From contig JAVKGA010000004.1 of the NCBI GenBank assembly GCA_040223555.1, positions 21,758-85,757 on the forward strand: a DNA stretch of 64,000 nt, read 5' to 3'. The translations under genes were made by a program, and so were the position numbers. This stretch comes from Hyphomonas sp. (GTDB lineage Bacteria > Pseudomonadota > Alphaproteobacteria > Caulobacterales > Hyphomonadaceae). This document shows positions 31,353 to 40,255 of the stretch, piece by piece. The notes under the pieces were generated by a model, which saw only the letters and a list, made by a program, of their open reading frames with translations, made no database searches and was not told where the DNA came from. Position 1 is the first letter of the stretch; each line of letters starts with the position of its first letter.

Positions 31353-33125
31353 TCACTCCAGCAACAGGCTGCGCACGGTTTGCGACACACGGGCCGCATC
31401 CGCCACCGGCAGCGGGCGATAGAGCGCGCCCATCTCGGTACTGATAAGTTGTGCCTGCGCACTCGGGCGTTTTGAAATATCGAAAAACAGGACAGGTTCC
31501 TGCAATGCCCTGAGCCGGCGCGCCATGTCGCGGGCATCTTCGGCGGCGCGTTCGCGGCCCGGCGTTCCGTCAAGCGCGATATTGCCCTGCCCGTCGGAGA
31601 GGAAGACGACATGCGGCGCCTTGCGCTTTCGCCGCTCGATGCGCACCAGCTGGGCCGCTGCGGCGATGCCGGCTGCCAGCGGCGTGCCGCCGCCGCCCGG
31701 CAATCGCGACAGGGAGCGTTTGACGCGCGTGAGCGATCGTGTCGGCGGCAGGAGGAGGTCCGCACCATCTTTTCGGAACGCAATGAGCGCGACCGATTCG
31801 CGGCGCGCGTAGCATCCACTGAGCAGCAGTTCGATCGCGCCCTTGGCTTCTGCCAGCCGGTTCATGGCGGACGATCCCGAGGCGTCCACGACGAAGATGA
31901 CGACCGCTTCGCTGCGATGCCGGAAACGCTTTACCCGAAAATCGCTGGCGCACACCGCAATCAGGGCGCCGCCGGCCGGCGTCTCGCGAATCCTTTGCCA
32001 GGGCGCCGCCGTGCGCAGGGTCGACAGCAGATCAAGCCGGCCATCCCGGCGCGGATCACCGGGACGAGACCCGACGCGGCTGCCGCGGCGGCGCGAATCG
32101 ACCATGTCGCCCGATTTCCCAGGCGGCACTTCCTGGCGCGGGCGCTGGCGAGTGACCTTTGGACGTGCCGCGATGTCGAGCGAGATGCGCAGGCGCACCG
32201 CACCGACCATCATTTCTGTCAGCTCATCGGGCTCGGGCTGCGGGCGCGACGCTTCATCGCCTTCGTCCTTGGCCTCAGAGGGTTCCGGCTCCGGCGGCGC
32301 GGGTGGATCCGCGCGGTCCATCAGGAAGTTGGCGCGGCTCGCGAAGACGAGTTCCGAGGCAAGTGACGCATCCGCGTCCGTGACCATGTCGCGGCCCGCA
32401 AGGGCGGCGATACCGCGCGCCGCTGCCAGGCAAAAGGCCGGCGCGCGCAGCGAGCGGATGCCGAGGCGAAGGGCGGCATCGATGAGGGCTTCGACAAGTT
32501 CATCGGGGACCGAGACCCGGCCAAGACGGGCACGGGCCTCAACAATCATCTCGCAGGTCAGGCTTTCCTGACGCGACCTTGCGGGAGACACACCCTGCAG
32601 GGACAGTCCAAAGGCGAGCCGGTCGCCCAGCCCGGCCGGCAGGCTGTCGCCCGGTTCGTCCGGATCACAAAATACCAGCGTCACGAAGCGGGCCGGCGTG
32701 CGCAGCGACAAGCCATCCCGTTCTGTTTCCAGCTCACCGGTATCCAGTACACGCGCGAGCTGCGCCGCCGCTCTGCCGGGCAGGCGCTCCGCCATCGGAA
32801 CAATCAGTATTCCGCCCTCGGCACGCGCCAGGAGTCCCGTTTCGGCGACGGGACGGCCGGCGGCGAGTGTCGCCGCGAGGTCAAGCCCGCCGACCAGGCG
32901 GTCATCGGTAATCGACACCGGCATCCGGTGGAGCGCGCCGCCCTTTTCCAGACGCTCGACAAGCCTGTCCTGAAGCAGTCCCGCCAGTTCCGGCGCTGCG
33001 CCCTCAAACACCACGCCCTTCAGCCGCGCTGGCATGATGGCCAACAAGGCAATTACAAGGTCGGCTTGCCCCCATCGCGCGCTATCAATCCGTTCAAATG
33101 CCGCGCGCTCAGCCTGCAGTGTCAC
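31353..33125 (-). CDS. bchD: Magnesium chelatase subunit D
   Basis: DDRLVGGLDLAATL, Pro/Glu linker, vWA domain FVVDASGSS, GGGTPLAAG, LSDG. Confidence 0.95.
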   Translation of the reverse strand: MTLQAERAAFERIDSARWGQADLVIALLAIMPARLKGVVFEGAAPELAGLLQDRLVERLEKGGALHRMPVSITDDRLVGGLDLAATLAAGRPVAETGLLARAEGGILIVPMAERLPGRAAAQLARVLDTGELETERDGLSLRTPARFVTLVFCDPDEPGDSLPAGLGDRLAFGLSLQGVSPARSRQESLTCEMIVEARARLGRVSVPDELVEALIDAALRLGIRSLRAPAFCLAAARGIAALAGRDMVTDADASLASELVFASRANFLMDRADPPAPPEPEPSEAKDEGDEASRPQPEPDELTEMMVGAVRLRISLDIAARPKVTRQRPRQEVPPGKSGDMVDSRRRGSRVGSRPGDPRRDGRLDLLSTLRTAAPWQRIRETPAGGALIAVCASDFRVKRFRHRSEAVVIFVVDASGSSAMNRLAEAKGAIELLLSGCYARRESVALIAFRKDGADLLLPPTRSLTRVKRSLSRLPGGGGTPLAAGIAAAAQLVRIERRKRKAPHVVFLSDGQGNIALDGTPGRERAAEDARDMARRLRALQEPVLFFDISKRPSAQAQLISTEMGALYRPLPVADAARVSQTVRSLLLE

Positions 33126-34135
33126 GACACGAACACTTCCGACACGGCGCGCTCAACCCGGATGCCGGCATCGGTGTCATCGAGCGGGTCTTTGCGCAGC
33201 CGGTGGCGGAGGGCGAGCGGTGCGATGGACTTCAGCGTCTCCATCGACACGTGTGCTTCGCCAGAAAGCGCGGCGCGGGCGCGCGCCGCTCGCATCAAGG
33301 TCAGCTCGCCGCGAAGACCGTCTGCGCCGAGGGTCAGGCAAAGTTCGACGGCCTTTTCGAGCACCGCGTCCGGAAAGGTAACGGTATGCACGAGGGCGCG
33401 TGCCTCGACGATGCGTTTTCGAAGTGCAGACGTCTTGCGCGACCACTCTTTTGCAAAGGCAATCGGGTCCTGTTCAAACGCGTCTCGCCGCCGGACGATA
33501 TCCATCCGTTCCTTCAGGTCTGTTGAAGTGCGAACATCGACGCAGAGACCAAACCGGTCGAGCAGTTGCGGCCGAAGATCCCCCTCTTCCGGGTTGCCGC
33601 TGCCCACAAGGACAAAGCGTGCCGGATGCCGGATTGAAAGTCCTTCGCGTTCGACGACATTCTCACCCGACGCCGCGACGTCGAGCAGGAGATCGACGAG
33701 ATGATCGTCCAGCAGGTTGACCTCATCAATGTAGAGGAATCCGCGATTGGCCCGCGCCAGAAGTCCAGGTTCAAAGCGCTTTTCCCCCTTCGACAAGGCG
33801 CGTTCGAGATCAAGTGCTCCGACAACCCGGTCCTCGGTTGCGCCAAGGGGCAAGTCGACGACCGGCGCCGGAACTTTCGCCCGCGCAGGCGGCTTTGTCT
33901 GATTGCAGACCGTGCACAGCGCCGCCGGCGCGGAAGGCAGGCAGCGATACGGACACCCGGCCACGACCTCGATTTCCGGCAGCAGGGCGGCGAGCGCGCG
34001 AATGGCGGTGGACTTGCCGGTTCCCCGATCACCGAGCGCCAGAACGCCGCCAATGGCCGGCTCGATGGCCGACATCAGCAAAGCATCCTTCAGCGCTTCC
34101 TGCCCAACGATTGCAACGAAAGGATATATGGCCAA
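33122..34135 (-). CDS. bchI: Magnesium chelatase ATPase subunit I
   Basis: YPFVAIVGQ, GDRGTGKST, LYIDEVNLL, LRPQLLDRFG. Start reassigned to TTG 34135 (AGGA upstream) because ATG 34198 lies upstream of the predicted promoter. Confidence 0.95.
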   Translation of the reverse strand: MAIYPFVAIVGQEALKDALLMSAIEPAIGGVLALGDRGTGKSTAIRALAALLPEIEVVAGCPYRCLPSAPAALCTVCNQTKPPARAKVPAPVVDLPLGATEDRVVGALDLERALSKGEKRFEPGLLARANRGFLYIDEVNLLDDHLVDLLLDVAASGENVVEREGLSIRHPARFVLVGSGNPEEGDLRPQLLDRFGLCVDVRTSTDLKERMDIVRRRDAFEQDPIAFAKEWSRKTSALRKRIVEARALVHTVTFPDAVLEKAVELCLTLGADGLRGELTLMRAARARAALSGEAHVSMETLKSIAPLALRHRLRKDPLDDTDAGIRVERAVSEVFVS

Positions 34136-34156
34136 GGGACGGTCCTGCGCGGTTTG

Positions 34157-34200
34157 TGTAAACCTAACTGGACACGAGCCTATGTCAAACGAAGCCATAA
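34157..34200 (-). promoter_or_regulatory. PpsR site(s) and promoter for bchIDO
   Basis: TGTAAACCTAACTGGACA (perfect) plus a partial site 8 bp away; minus-strand TTGACA-N16-TAGGTT. Confidence 0.8.
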
Positions 34201-34231
34201 GAAAAGCCGCCAGAGAAAACCCTGGCGGCTT
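34201..34231 (-). terminator. Intrinsic terminator after cycA
   Basis: AAGCCGCCAG-8 nt-CTGGCGGCTT followed by TTCTT on the minus strand. Confidence 0.75.
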
Positions 34232-34267
34232 GGCTGTCTTCTGACTTCGCCTTTCAGGCGGTCAAGG

Positions 34268-34810
34268 TCAGGTCGGATTTTTCAGGTAAGCAATCACGTC
34301 CGCACGATCCTGCGGATTGCGCAGGCCCGGGAAGGCCATGATGGTGCCGGGAATGAACTCGGTTGGTTTCTCGAGATAAACGAAGAGATTCTCTTCGGTC
34401 CAGATCACATCGGAGTTCTGGTTCGCTTCGGAATACTTGAAGTTCGGGATCGTGCCCGATTCGCGTCCGACAATACCGTAGAGCGACGGGCCGACATTGT
34501 TGCGGCCCTCCTGAACGGCATGGCAGGTCATGCACTGGGCGAAGACCCGTTTGCCTTTGGCAGCGTCGCCGGTGAAGGAGGCGTAGTCGGTGCCACCGGC
34601 AGCAGCAGGCGCCGCCGCTTCGGTCGGGGCCGGAGTTTCTTCGGCTGGTGTTTCGACGGGCGCGGTTTCAGCCGGCGGCGTTTCCGCAGGCGTTTCTGCG
34701 GCCGGCGCCGCAGCGGGTGTCGGGGCAGGCTCGGAGCCGCCGCAAGCGGCAAGCACAAATGCCAGGCCGGCGGCCATCGAGATCGTCAGATGCTTGGTGT
34801 CAAACTTCAT
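34268..34810 (-). CDS. cycA: Cytochrome c2 with lipoprotein signal and Pro/Ala/Glu/Thr linker
   Basis: LAAC lipobox, ~50-aa PAET-rich linker, [40 protein letters not shown]. Confidence 0.9.
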   Translation of the reverse strand: MKFDTKHLTISMAAGLAFVLAACGGSEPAPTPAAAPAAETPAETPPAETAPVETPAEETPAPTEAAAPAAAGGTDYASFTGDAAKGKRVFAQCMTCHAVQEGRNNVGPSLYGIVGRESGTIPNFKYSEANQNSDVIWTEENLFVYLEKPTEFIPGTIMAFPGLRNPQDRADVIAYLKNPT

Positions 34811-34852
34811 GTGTTTCCTCCACGTAGTATAGGCGTAACGAAAGTAGATCGA

Positions 34853-35437
34853 TCAGGTTCCACGCCAAGGCAGGGAGTCCTCGGAAATTCGGGCGCCCAG
34901 GGCCCGGTCCCGCCATGCGGCGAGGTCTTCAGTATGGGCTGTCAGGTAATGCTTCAGCCAGGCGGCATGAGCCTCTGGCGCGGCCACGACGTCTTCGGCA
35001 AGCCGCTCCAGCGATCTCCAACGCACAGCCTGCACCTCGTCCGGGTTGAGCACGGCCTTGTCCTGCGTCCAGCCGAAATAGAGGTAGGGGATCTCGTTCT
35101 CGGTCATATTGTTGTCGAGGTGGGCGACATAGCGGCTCTTGAAGCCGAAGGTCAGGTCGACCCGAAGGCCGACTTCTTCTTCCAGCCGGCGTGCGGCCGC
35201 GCTGGATGTCGTCTCGCCCGGGCGCGGATGCCCGCAGCAGGAATTCGCCCACAGGCCTGCCGAGTGATACTTGCCGGCCGCCCGTTGCTGGATGAGGCAT
35301 TCACCCCTGGCATTGAACACGAAGATCGAGAACGCACGGTGCAGCAGGCCATCCCGGTGAATCTGCCATTTGTCCCCTTCGCCGAGAGCCGCATCGGCCT
35401 CGTCCACAAGGATCACCTGTTCGAATTCATCGGTCAC
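34853..35437 (-). CDS. idi: Isopentenyl-diphosphate isomerase, type 1
   Basis: LLHRAFSIFVF, WANSCCGHP, AARRLEEEVG, ENE; GTG start with GGAGG RBS. Confidence 0.93.
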   Translation of the reverse strand: MTDEFEQVILVDEADAALGEGDKWQIHRDGLLHRAFSIFVFNARGECLIQQRAAGKYHSAGLWANSCCGHPRPGETTSSAAARRLEEEVGLRVDLTFGFKSRYVAHLDNNMTENEIPYLYFGWTQDKAVLNPDEVQAVRWRSLERLAEDVVAAPEAHAAWLKHYLTAHTEDLAAWRDRALGARISEDSLPWRGT

Positions 35438-35482
35438 GTGGCAATTGCCTCCGCGCATGAGCCTAGGCGCAGCAATGCCGTG

Positions 35483-35500
35483 CGTCAAACCCTCTTGACG
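35483..35500. promoter_or_regulatory. PpsR-like palindrome upstream of idi-cycA (right edge of the PGC)
   Basis: CGTCAAACCCTCTTGACG, with an overlapping CGTCAA half-site. Confidence 0.6.
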
Positions 35501-35510
35501 TCAACTTGGA

Positions 35511-35783
35511 TTACTCGACGGTCCAGCCGCGCGGAGTGCGGCGAGCCTGCAGCGTGACCGGGCCGTCATTGACGCGGACCGGAACCGGCTTGCGGACAGC
35601 CGCATAACGCAGCACGAGCGCCGCGGCGGCCAGCATCAGGCCGGCCAGCGCCGTCATCATCGCAACCAGGCTGGCCACGAAGATCAGCATCGCGCCGATC
35701 ACCAATTGGGCAAACAGCCCGAGGCCTGCGCGGAGCGAAGCCAGCAGGCTGAAGGGGCGGCGGGGAGGTAAGGTCTGGTCCAT
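35511..35783 (-). CDS. Small membrane protein, hypothetical
   Basis: 90 aa, long hydrophobic stretch, C-terminal TLQARRTPRGWTVE. Confidence 0.7.
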   Translation of the reverse strand: MDQTLPPRRPFSLLASLRAGLGLFAQLVIGAMLIFVASLVAMMTALAGLMLAAAALVLRYAAVRKPVPVRVNDGPVTLQARRTPRGWTVE

Positions 35784-35872
35784 GAGCCCTCAAGTTAGGC
35801 CACCAAGATGGCGCCATCATGGCAGGCCGTCAACGCAATCAGCGCCGCAGCCGTATCACATTTTCGCAATGA

Positions 35873-36580
35873 TCAGTCCTGATGCACCAGCAAACCGCGC
35901 TCCGCCCGGATGCGGGCATAGGCGGCGGTGATGGACGCCGCCTTGGAATGGGCGGCATCTTCGAACTCACGCGGGGCGCCCATCTGGATCACCCGGTCGG
36001 GGTGGTGGTCCGCCATCAGGCGGCGATAGGCAGAGCGGATATCGGGAAACTCGGCGTCATGGGCAACGCCGAGGATATGGTAGGGATCATCGCGTTCCGG
36101 CCCCAGATGGCTGGCCCGGATACGGCGGAAGGTGGCCTCGTCAAAGCCGAAGGCTTCGGACACATTCCGCAGGTAGGTCATCTCGGCTTCGGTCACGACC
36201 CCGTCGGCCCCGGCGATCTGGAACAGGCCGTCGAGCACGCCTTCGAGCAGGCAGGGCCGGTCGCCATAGCGCTTGCCGATCCGGCGGGCATAGGCCTCGT
36301 AACCGCGCACCGTCTGGCGGGCGAGGGTGAAGACGCGGCGGACATTCTCCGCCTCTTCGGGCGGGGCACGGAAGACACGGGCAAAGGCCATGATCTCGCT
36401 GTCGCTGACCAGGCCGTCCGCAGCGGCCATCTTGGCGCCGAGGCCGACGACGGCGGCGGTGAAGCCCACATCGTTCGGATCCGGGGCACAGCCATCCGCA
36501 TCGGCGCTGTCGATGTCGGGCTCAGGTCCGCTATCAAACAGGCGCCGGCCACTACTGAGAAGGGTCGTCCAAAGGCTCAT
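35873..36580 (-). CDS. DjlA-like co-chaperone (TerB domain plus J domain)
   Basis: LGAKMAAADGLVS, DPYHILGV, AYRRLMADHHPDR (HPD motif). Confidence 0.88.
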   Translation of the reverse strand: MSLWTTLLSSGRRLFDSGPEPDIDSADADGCAPDPNDVGFTAAVVGLGAKMAAADGLVSDSEIMAFARVFRAPPEEAENVRRVFTLARQTVRGYEAYARRIGKRYGDRPCLLEGVLDGLFQIAGADGVVTEAEMTYLRNVSEAFGFDEATFRRIRASHLGPERDDPYHILGVAHDAEFPDIRSAYRRLMADHHPDRVIQMGAPREFEDAAHSKAASITAAYARIRAERGLLVHQD

Positions 36581-36710
36581 GGTCTGACAGGTTATAGCAG
36601 GTAGACGCCGCCCTTGCCCAGCGCGCCGGGCTAACAGGTGCGTTCAAAGGAACGTGAACAACCGCGGCAGGGCGGCGCAGGCGGGTTAAACCTTGTCCAC
36701 AAGGGGATTT

Positions 36711-37628
36711 TCAGCGGTCACGGGCCGCCAGCATCGCCTTGATGGACTGGACGTCTGCCCGCAGCTCCGCGAGCACCTGCATCATCTGCGTGCGCCCGGT
36801 CTCGGCTTCTTCCAGCTCGTCTTCGACATGTTCCAGCGCGTCTTCCACCGATCCGTCATGCAGACGCTCCTCGATCGCGTCGATCTGCTCGTCGAGCGCG
36901 GCCTTCTGTTCGGTCGTCAGCGCATCGACGATCAGGGCGATAAACAGGTTCAGGATCGCGAAGCTGGCGATGAAGATGAAGATCAGGAAGAACACCCAGG
37001 CGAAGGGATTGCCATCATCCATGACCTTCTGCAGCACTTCGAACCGCCAGCCATCCATGGTCATGACCTGGAACAGCGACAGCGCCGAATCCGGCAGCGT
37101 GCCGAACATCTGAGCCACTTCGGGATTGTCGGTCTGGCCGAACAGGTCTGTTGCCATCACCGCGCCGACATAGATGACCAGCGCGATGACCGCGAGAATC
37201 GCGCCCATGCCCGGGATGGACTTGAGCAGGGCCTCCGTGATGCGTTTCATCATCGGGACGAAACGCAGGAGCCGCAAGACCCTCAGTACCCGGAGCGCCC
37301 GCAGCACGCTGAATCCCGACGAACCGGGAATCAGAGACACGCCGACAACGCTGATGTCGAAAATGTTCCAGCCCTGTTTGAAGAACTGCCCGCGGTAGAC
37401 ATACAGTTTCAGGGAGATCTCGGCGACGAACAGCCAGGTGATCGCATTGTCGAAGAAGTTGAGCAGCGAGACGACATCCGGCGACAGTGACGCGCGATAG
37501 GTCAGCGCGCCGAGGATGATCGCATTGAAGATGATCAGCGCCGTAATGCCGGAGCGCACGGCCGGACGTTCGAGGAAGGCTTCGATCGCCGAATTACTCG
37601 TTTCGTTGTCGAGAGTCGCGCGCGGCAT
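36711..37628 (-). CDS. Bacterial voltage-gated cation channel (BacNav/NaChBac family)
   Basis: GWNIFD, S4 LRALRVLRVLRLLR, pore FQVMTMDGW, S6 LNLFIALIVDA, C-terminal coiled coil. Confidence 0.92.
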   Translation of the reverse strand: MPRATLDNETSNSAIEAFLERPAVRSGITALIIFNAIILGALTYRASLSPDVVSLLNFFDNAITWLFVAEISLKLYVYRGQFFKQGWNIFDISVVGVSLIPGSSGFSVLRALRVLRVLRLLRFVPMMKRITEALLKSIPGMGAILAVIALVIYVGAVMATDLFGQTDNPEVAQMFGTLPDSALSLFQVMTMDGWRFEVLQKVMDDGNPFAWVFFLIFIFIASFAILNLFIALIVDALTTEQKAALDEQIDAIEERLHDGSVEDALEHVEDELEEAETGRTQMMQVLAELRADVQSIKAMLAARDR

Positions 37629-37714
37629 TCCAGCTGTCCCCTTTCAACACGCAAGGCTGCGGGGGCTGTTTGCCCTGACCCGGGGCGCCTGCCAACCAGC
37701 GATTGTCCCTGCGC

Positions 37715-38176
37715 CTAGTCGGCAGACGTGGTCGTGTCCGAAACAATCAGCCAGTCCCCGCCGATATTGCGCAGGACCAGCGTGTAAAGCCCGGCCGAGC
37801 TGCCGGTGGCGGTGGTGACTTTCCAGCGTCCGTGCGCGATGGCCGCATCTGCTGACAGGATCTCGATTTCATAGTCACTGGTCGTCAGCTCGCCCATCGC
37901 CGCACGGTCCGGATAGCGCCGTTTGTAACGCGCCAGCGTGCTGTCAAAGCCATGGACCACATCACCGCCCGAAGCGAAGCGCAGCGCTTCAGATGGCCAG
38001 TAGCCGTGCATGAAACCGTCAATGTCGCCGGTGTTCCAGGCCGCGTCCTGCGCCTTGAGCATCGCCGTGATCGTTGCGGCTTCCGCCGATTGCTGCTGCG
38101 GCGTGAGCGCGGCGGGCGCCGTCGCGCAGGCAGCGAGGAACAGGAATGCGGCGCCGGACAGGGCGGAACGGATCAT
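37715..38176 (-). CDS. NTF2/SnoaL-like (DUF4440-type) lipoprotein
   Basis: LAAC lipobox, QDAAWNTGDIDGFMHGYW, WLIVSDTT. Confidence 0.8.
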   Translation of the reverse strand: MIRSALSGAAFLFLAACATAPAALTPQQQSAEAATITAMLKAQDAAWNTGDIDGFMHGYWPSEALRFASGGDVVHGFDSTLARYKRRYPDRAAMGELTTSDYEIEILSADAAIAHGRWKVTTATGSSAGLYTLVLRNIGGDWLIVSDTTTSAD

Positions 38177-38253
38177 GGCAAAGTCTCCTACTGACTGCGC
38201 CGCAGGAAAGGCTGAGTCATCCCTGCACGCAAGGCGCACGGGAATAAGCGCGC

Positions 38254-39300
38254 TCAACTGCCGGATTTCGGCTCGTCGTCCGGCGGAACATCAAAGTCCG
38301 ACATGTCGAACGGAGCATCCGGTTCAGCAGCAGGCGGCGGCGGCGGAGGCAGTGCGGGAGCAGGCGCCGGGGTTTCGACTTCAGCCACTTCAGGCAGCAC
38401 CGAAACGGGTTCGGGTTCCGGTTCCGGCTCTTCGAGTTCAGCTACGTCTTCCTCGAAGACATCCGCTTCCAGCGCTTCCGGTTCCTCTTCGACCGGTTTG
38501 CTGCCGAAACCGAACAGGCCGCGCTTCTTCTTCGGCGGCTCCGCTTCGGCTTCGACCTCTTCCTCGATCTCTTCGATCTCTTCTTCGGCGGATTCTTCAA
38601 CCTTCGGGGCGCGGCGGCGGCCAAGCGGGCCGTCGCGGTCGGCATGGCGGTCATAATTCATGTTATAGTATTCCCACGCGGTGTGGGTGAGCGGCTTCGG
38701 CGTCAGCTCCAGGCCATACATGCGCAGGCGTTCCACGACTTCATCGCGCAGGTGCATGCCCGGGAAGGCTTCGGCCTTGAAACCATGCGCCTTCATCCAG
38801 TCGCGCACATCCCAGCTGCGCACGCGGCCGATTTCGGATGGCAGGGCGCCATGATGCACTTCCCAGAAATACAGGGCGGCCATGCCGTTGATGGCGGCGT
38901 CCATCGCGTCATCGAGCACGGCGCCGGGCGTATTGCCCTGCGCGAGCTGCGCGCGCAGCGACAGTTTACGGGCTTCGAGCTCCTGATAGGTGACACCGAT
39001 CACGGCGATGCCGTTGCGGTTGGCATTGATCAGCGAGCGGTTGACGCCGTCGAGCTGTGGATGGCGGATCGGCAGCAGCACATCCGGGCCGACCTGCGGA
39101 TTGCCGGCGACCTGGGACAGTTCGCTGACCATGCGCTGAAGATTGATCCGCAGCTCATGCGAAATACCGCCCAGCGCTGACTCGCGCCCGGCGCGCGTAT
39201 CTTCGCGCATGCGCCACAGATGCCAGGCGACCAGCGTCATCAGCGCGGTCAGAAGGCCAAGACCCCCGGTCAAAAAAGTGTAAAATTGTGCTTCGCTCAT
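38254..39300 (-). CDS. Hypothetical protein with N-terminal TM and acidic Pro-rich tail
   Basis: 348-aa ORF with coding-like codon usage. Confidence 0.75.
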   Translation of the reverse strand: MSEAQFYTFLTGGLGLLTALMTLVAWHLWRMREDTRAGRESALGGISHELRINLQRMVSELSQVAGNPQVGPDVLLPIRHPQLDGVNRSLINANRNGIAVIGVTYQELEARKLSLRAQLAQGNTPGAVLDDAMDAAINGMAALYFWEVHHGALPSEIGRVRSWDVRDWMKAHGFKAEAFPGMHLRDEVVERLRMYGLELTPKPLTHTAWEYYNMNYDRHADRDGPLGRRRAPKVEESAEEEIEEIEEEVEAEAEPPKKKRGLFGFGSKPVEEEPEALEADVFEEDVAELEEPEPEPEPVSVLPEVAEVETPAPAPALPPPPPPAAEPDAPFDMSDFDVPPDDEPKSGS

Positions 39301-39371
39301 TCTGAGATCCCCCGACGCACTTCTGCAGGAAGCAAGGCCCGCGCCATTTCAGGGGCGCCGGAAGGAAACTC

Positions 39372-40250
39372 TTAACCGCCGAGCACGCGGCCCGCAATCA
39401 CCCGCACCTTATCAAGAAATTCAGGTTCGCGGGTGTCTGGCGCAGTGATCAGCGCAAAATCAAGACAGGATTCAATGCCCTGCGGCGAAGGTGTACGCGG
39501 CGTCTCGTTCAGGACGGATGCCAGATTGGCAATCGCCTTGCGGGCGAGTGCACTGTTTTGATGCATGATTTCGAGAACATTGGTCACCGAGACCGCCTCG
39601 GTGCCGGAGCGCCAGCAGTCATAATCGGTGACCATGGCGAGGGTTGCGTAAGGCAGTTCCGCTTCGCGGGCGAGCTTGGCTTCGGGCATGTTGGTCATGC
39701 CGATCACATCGCAGCCCCATTGGCGGTAGAGTTCGGACTCGGCGCGCGAGGAGAATTGCGGGCCTTCCATGGCCAGATAGGTGCCGCCGCGGTGAACCTT
39801 GCCGCCGGCCGCCGTGAAGGCATCTGCCGCGAGCGCGGAGAGGCGAGCGCAGACCGGCTCGGCCATCGAGACATGCGCGACCATCCCCTCCCCGAAGAAG
39901 GATGTCTCCCGCGCGGTGGTGCGATCAATGAACTGGTCGACGGCGACGACATCGCCGGGCGCATATTGTTCCTGCAGCGAACCGCAGGCGGAGACGGAGA
40001 GAATGTCGGTGCACCCGGCGGCCTTCAGCGCGGCGATATTGGCGCGGTAGGGCACATCCGTCGGCGAGAGGCGGTGGCCCTTGCCGTGGCGCGGCAGGAA
40101 GACGAGGTCGACCTGGCCGATGCGTCCGCGCAGCAGCGTGTCGGACGGCGCGCCCCAGGCGGTTTCGATTCTCTCTTCGCGCCGGTCCTCGAGCCCATCG
40201 AGACCATAAAGGCCAGAGCCGCCGATGATACCGAGGGTCCATTGGGTCAC
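39372..40250 (-). CDS. mtnP: S-methyl-5'-thioadenosine phosphorylase
   Basis: GIIGGSGLY, FLPRHG, MEGPQFSSRAES, IGMTNMPEAKLARE, VTDYDCW; GTG start. Confidence 0.93.
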   Translation of the reverse strand: MTQWTLGIIGGSGLYGLDGLEDRREERIETAWGAPSDTLLRGRIGQVDLVFLPRHGKGHRLSPTDVPYRANIAALKAAGCTDILSVSACGSLQEQYAPGDVVAVDQFIDRTTARETSFFGEGMVAHVSMAEPVCARLSALAADAFTAAGGKVHRGGTYLAMEGPQFSSRAESELYRQWGCDVIGMTNMPEAKLAREAELPYATLAMVTDYDCWRSGTEAVSVTNVLEIMHQNSALARKAIANLASVLNETPRTPSPQGIESCLDFALITAPDTREPEFLDKVRVIAGRVLGG

Positions 40251-40255
40251 TTGCG

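Noticed and set aside
34136-34198. N-terminal extension of BchI in the ORF track
   Set aside because: Overlaps the PpsR site and promoter; TTG 34135 is the more plausible start.
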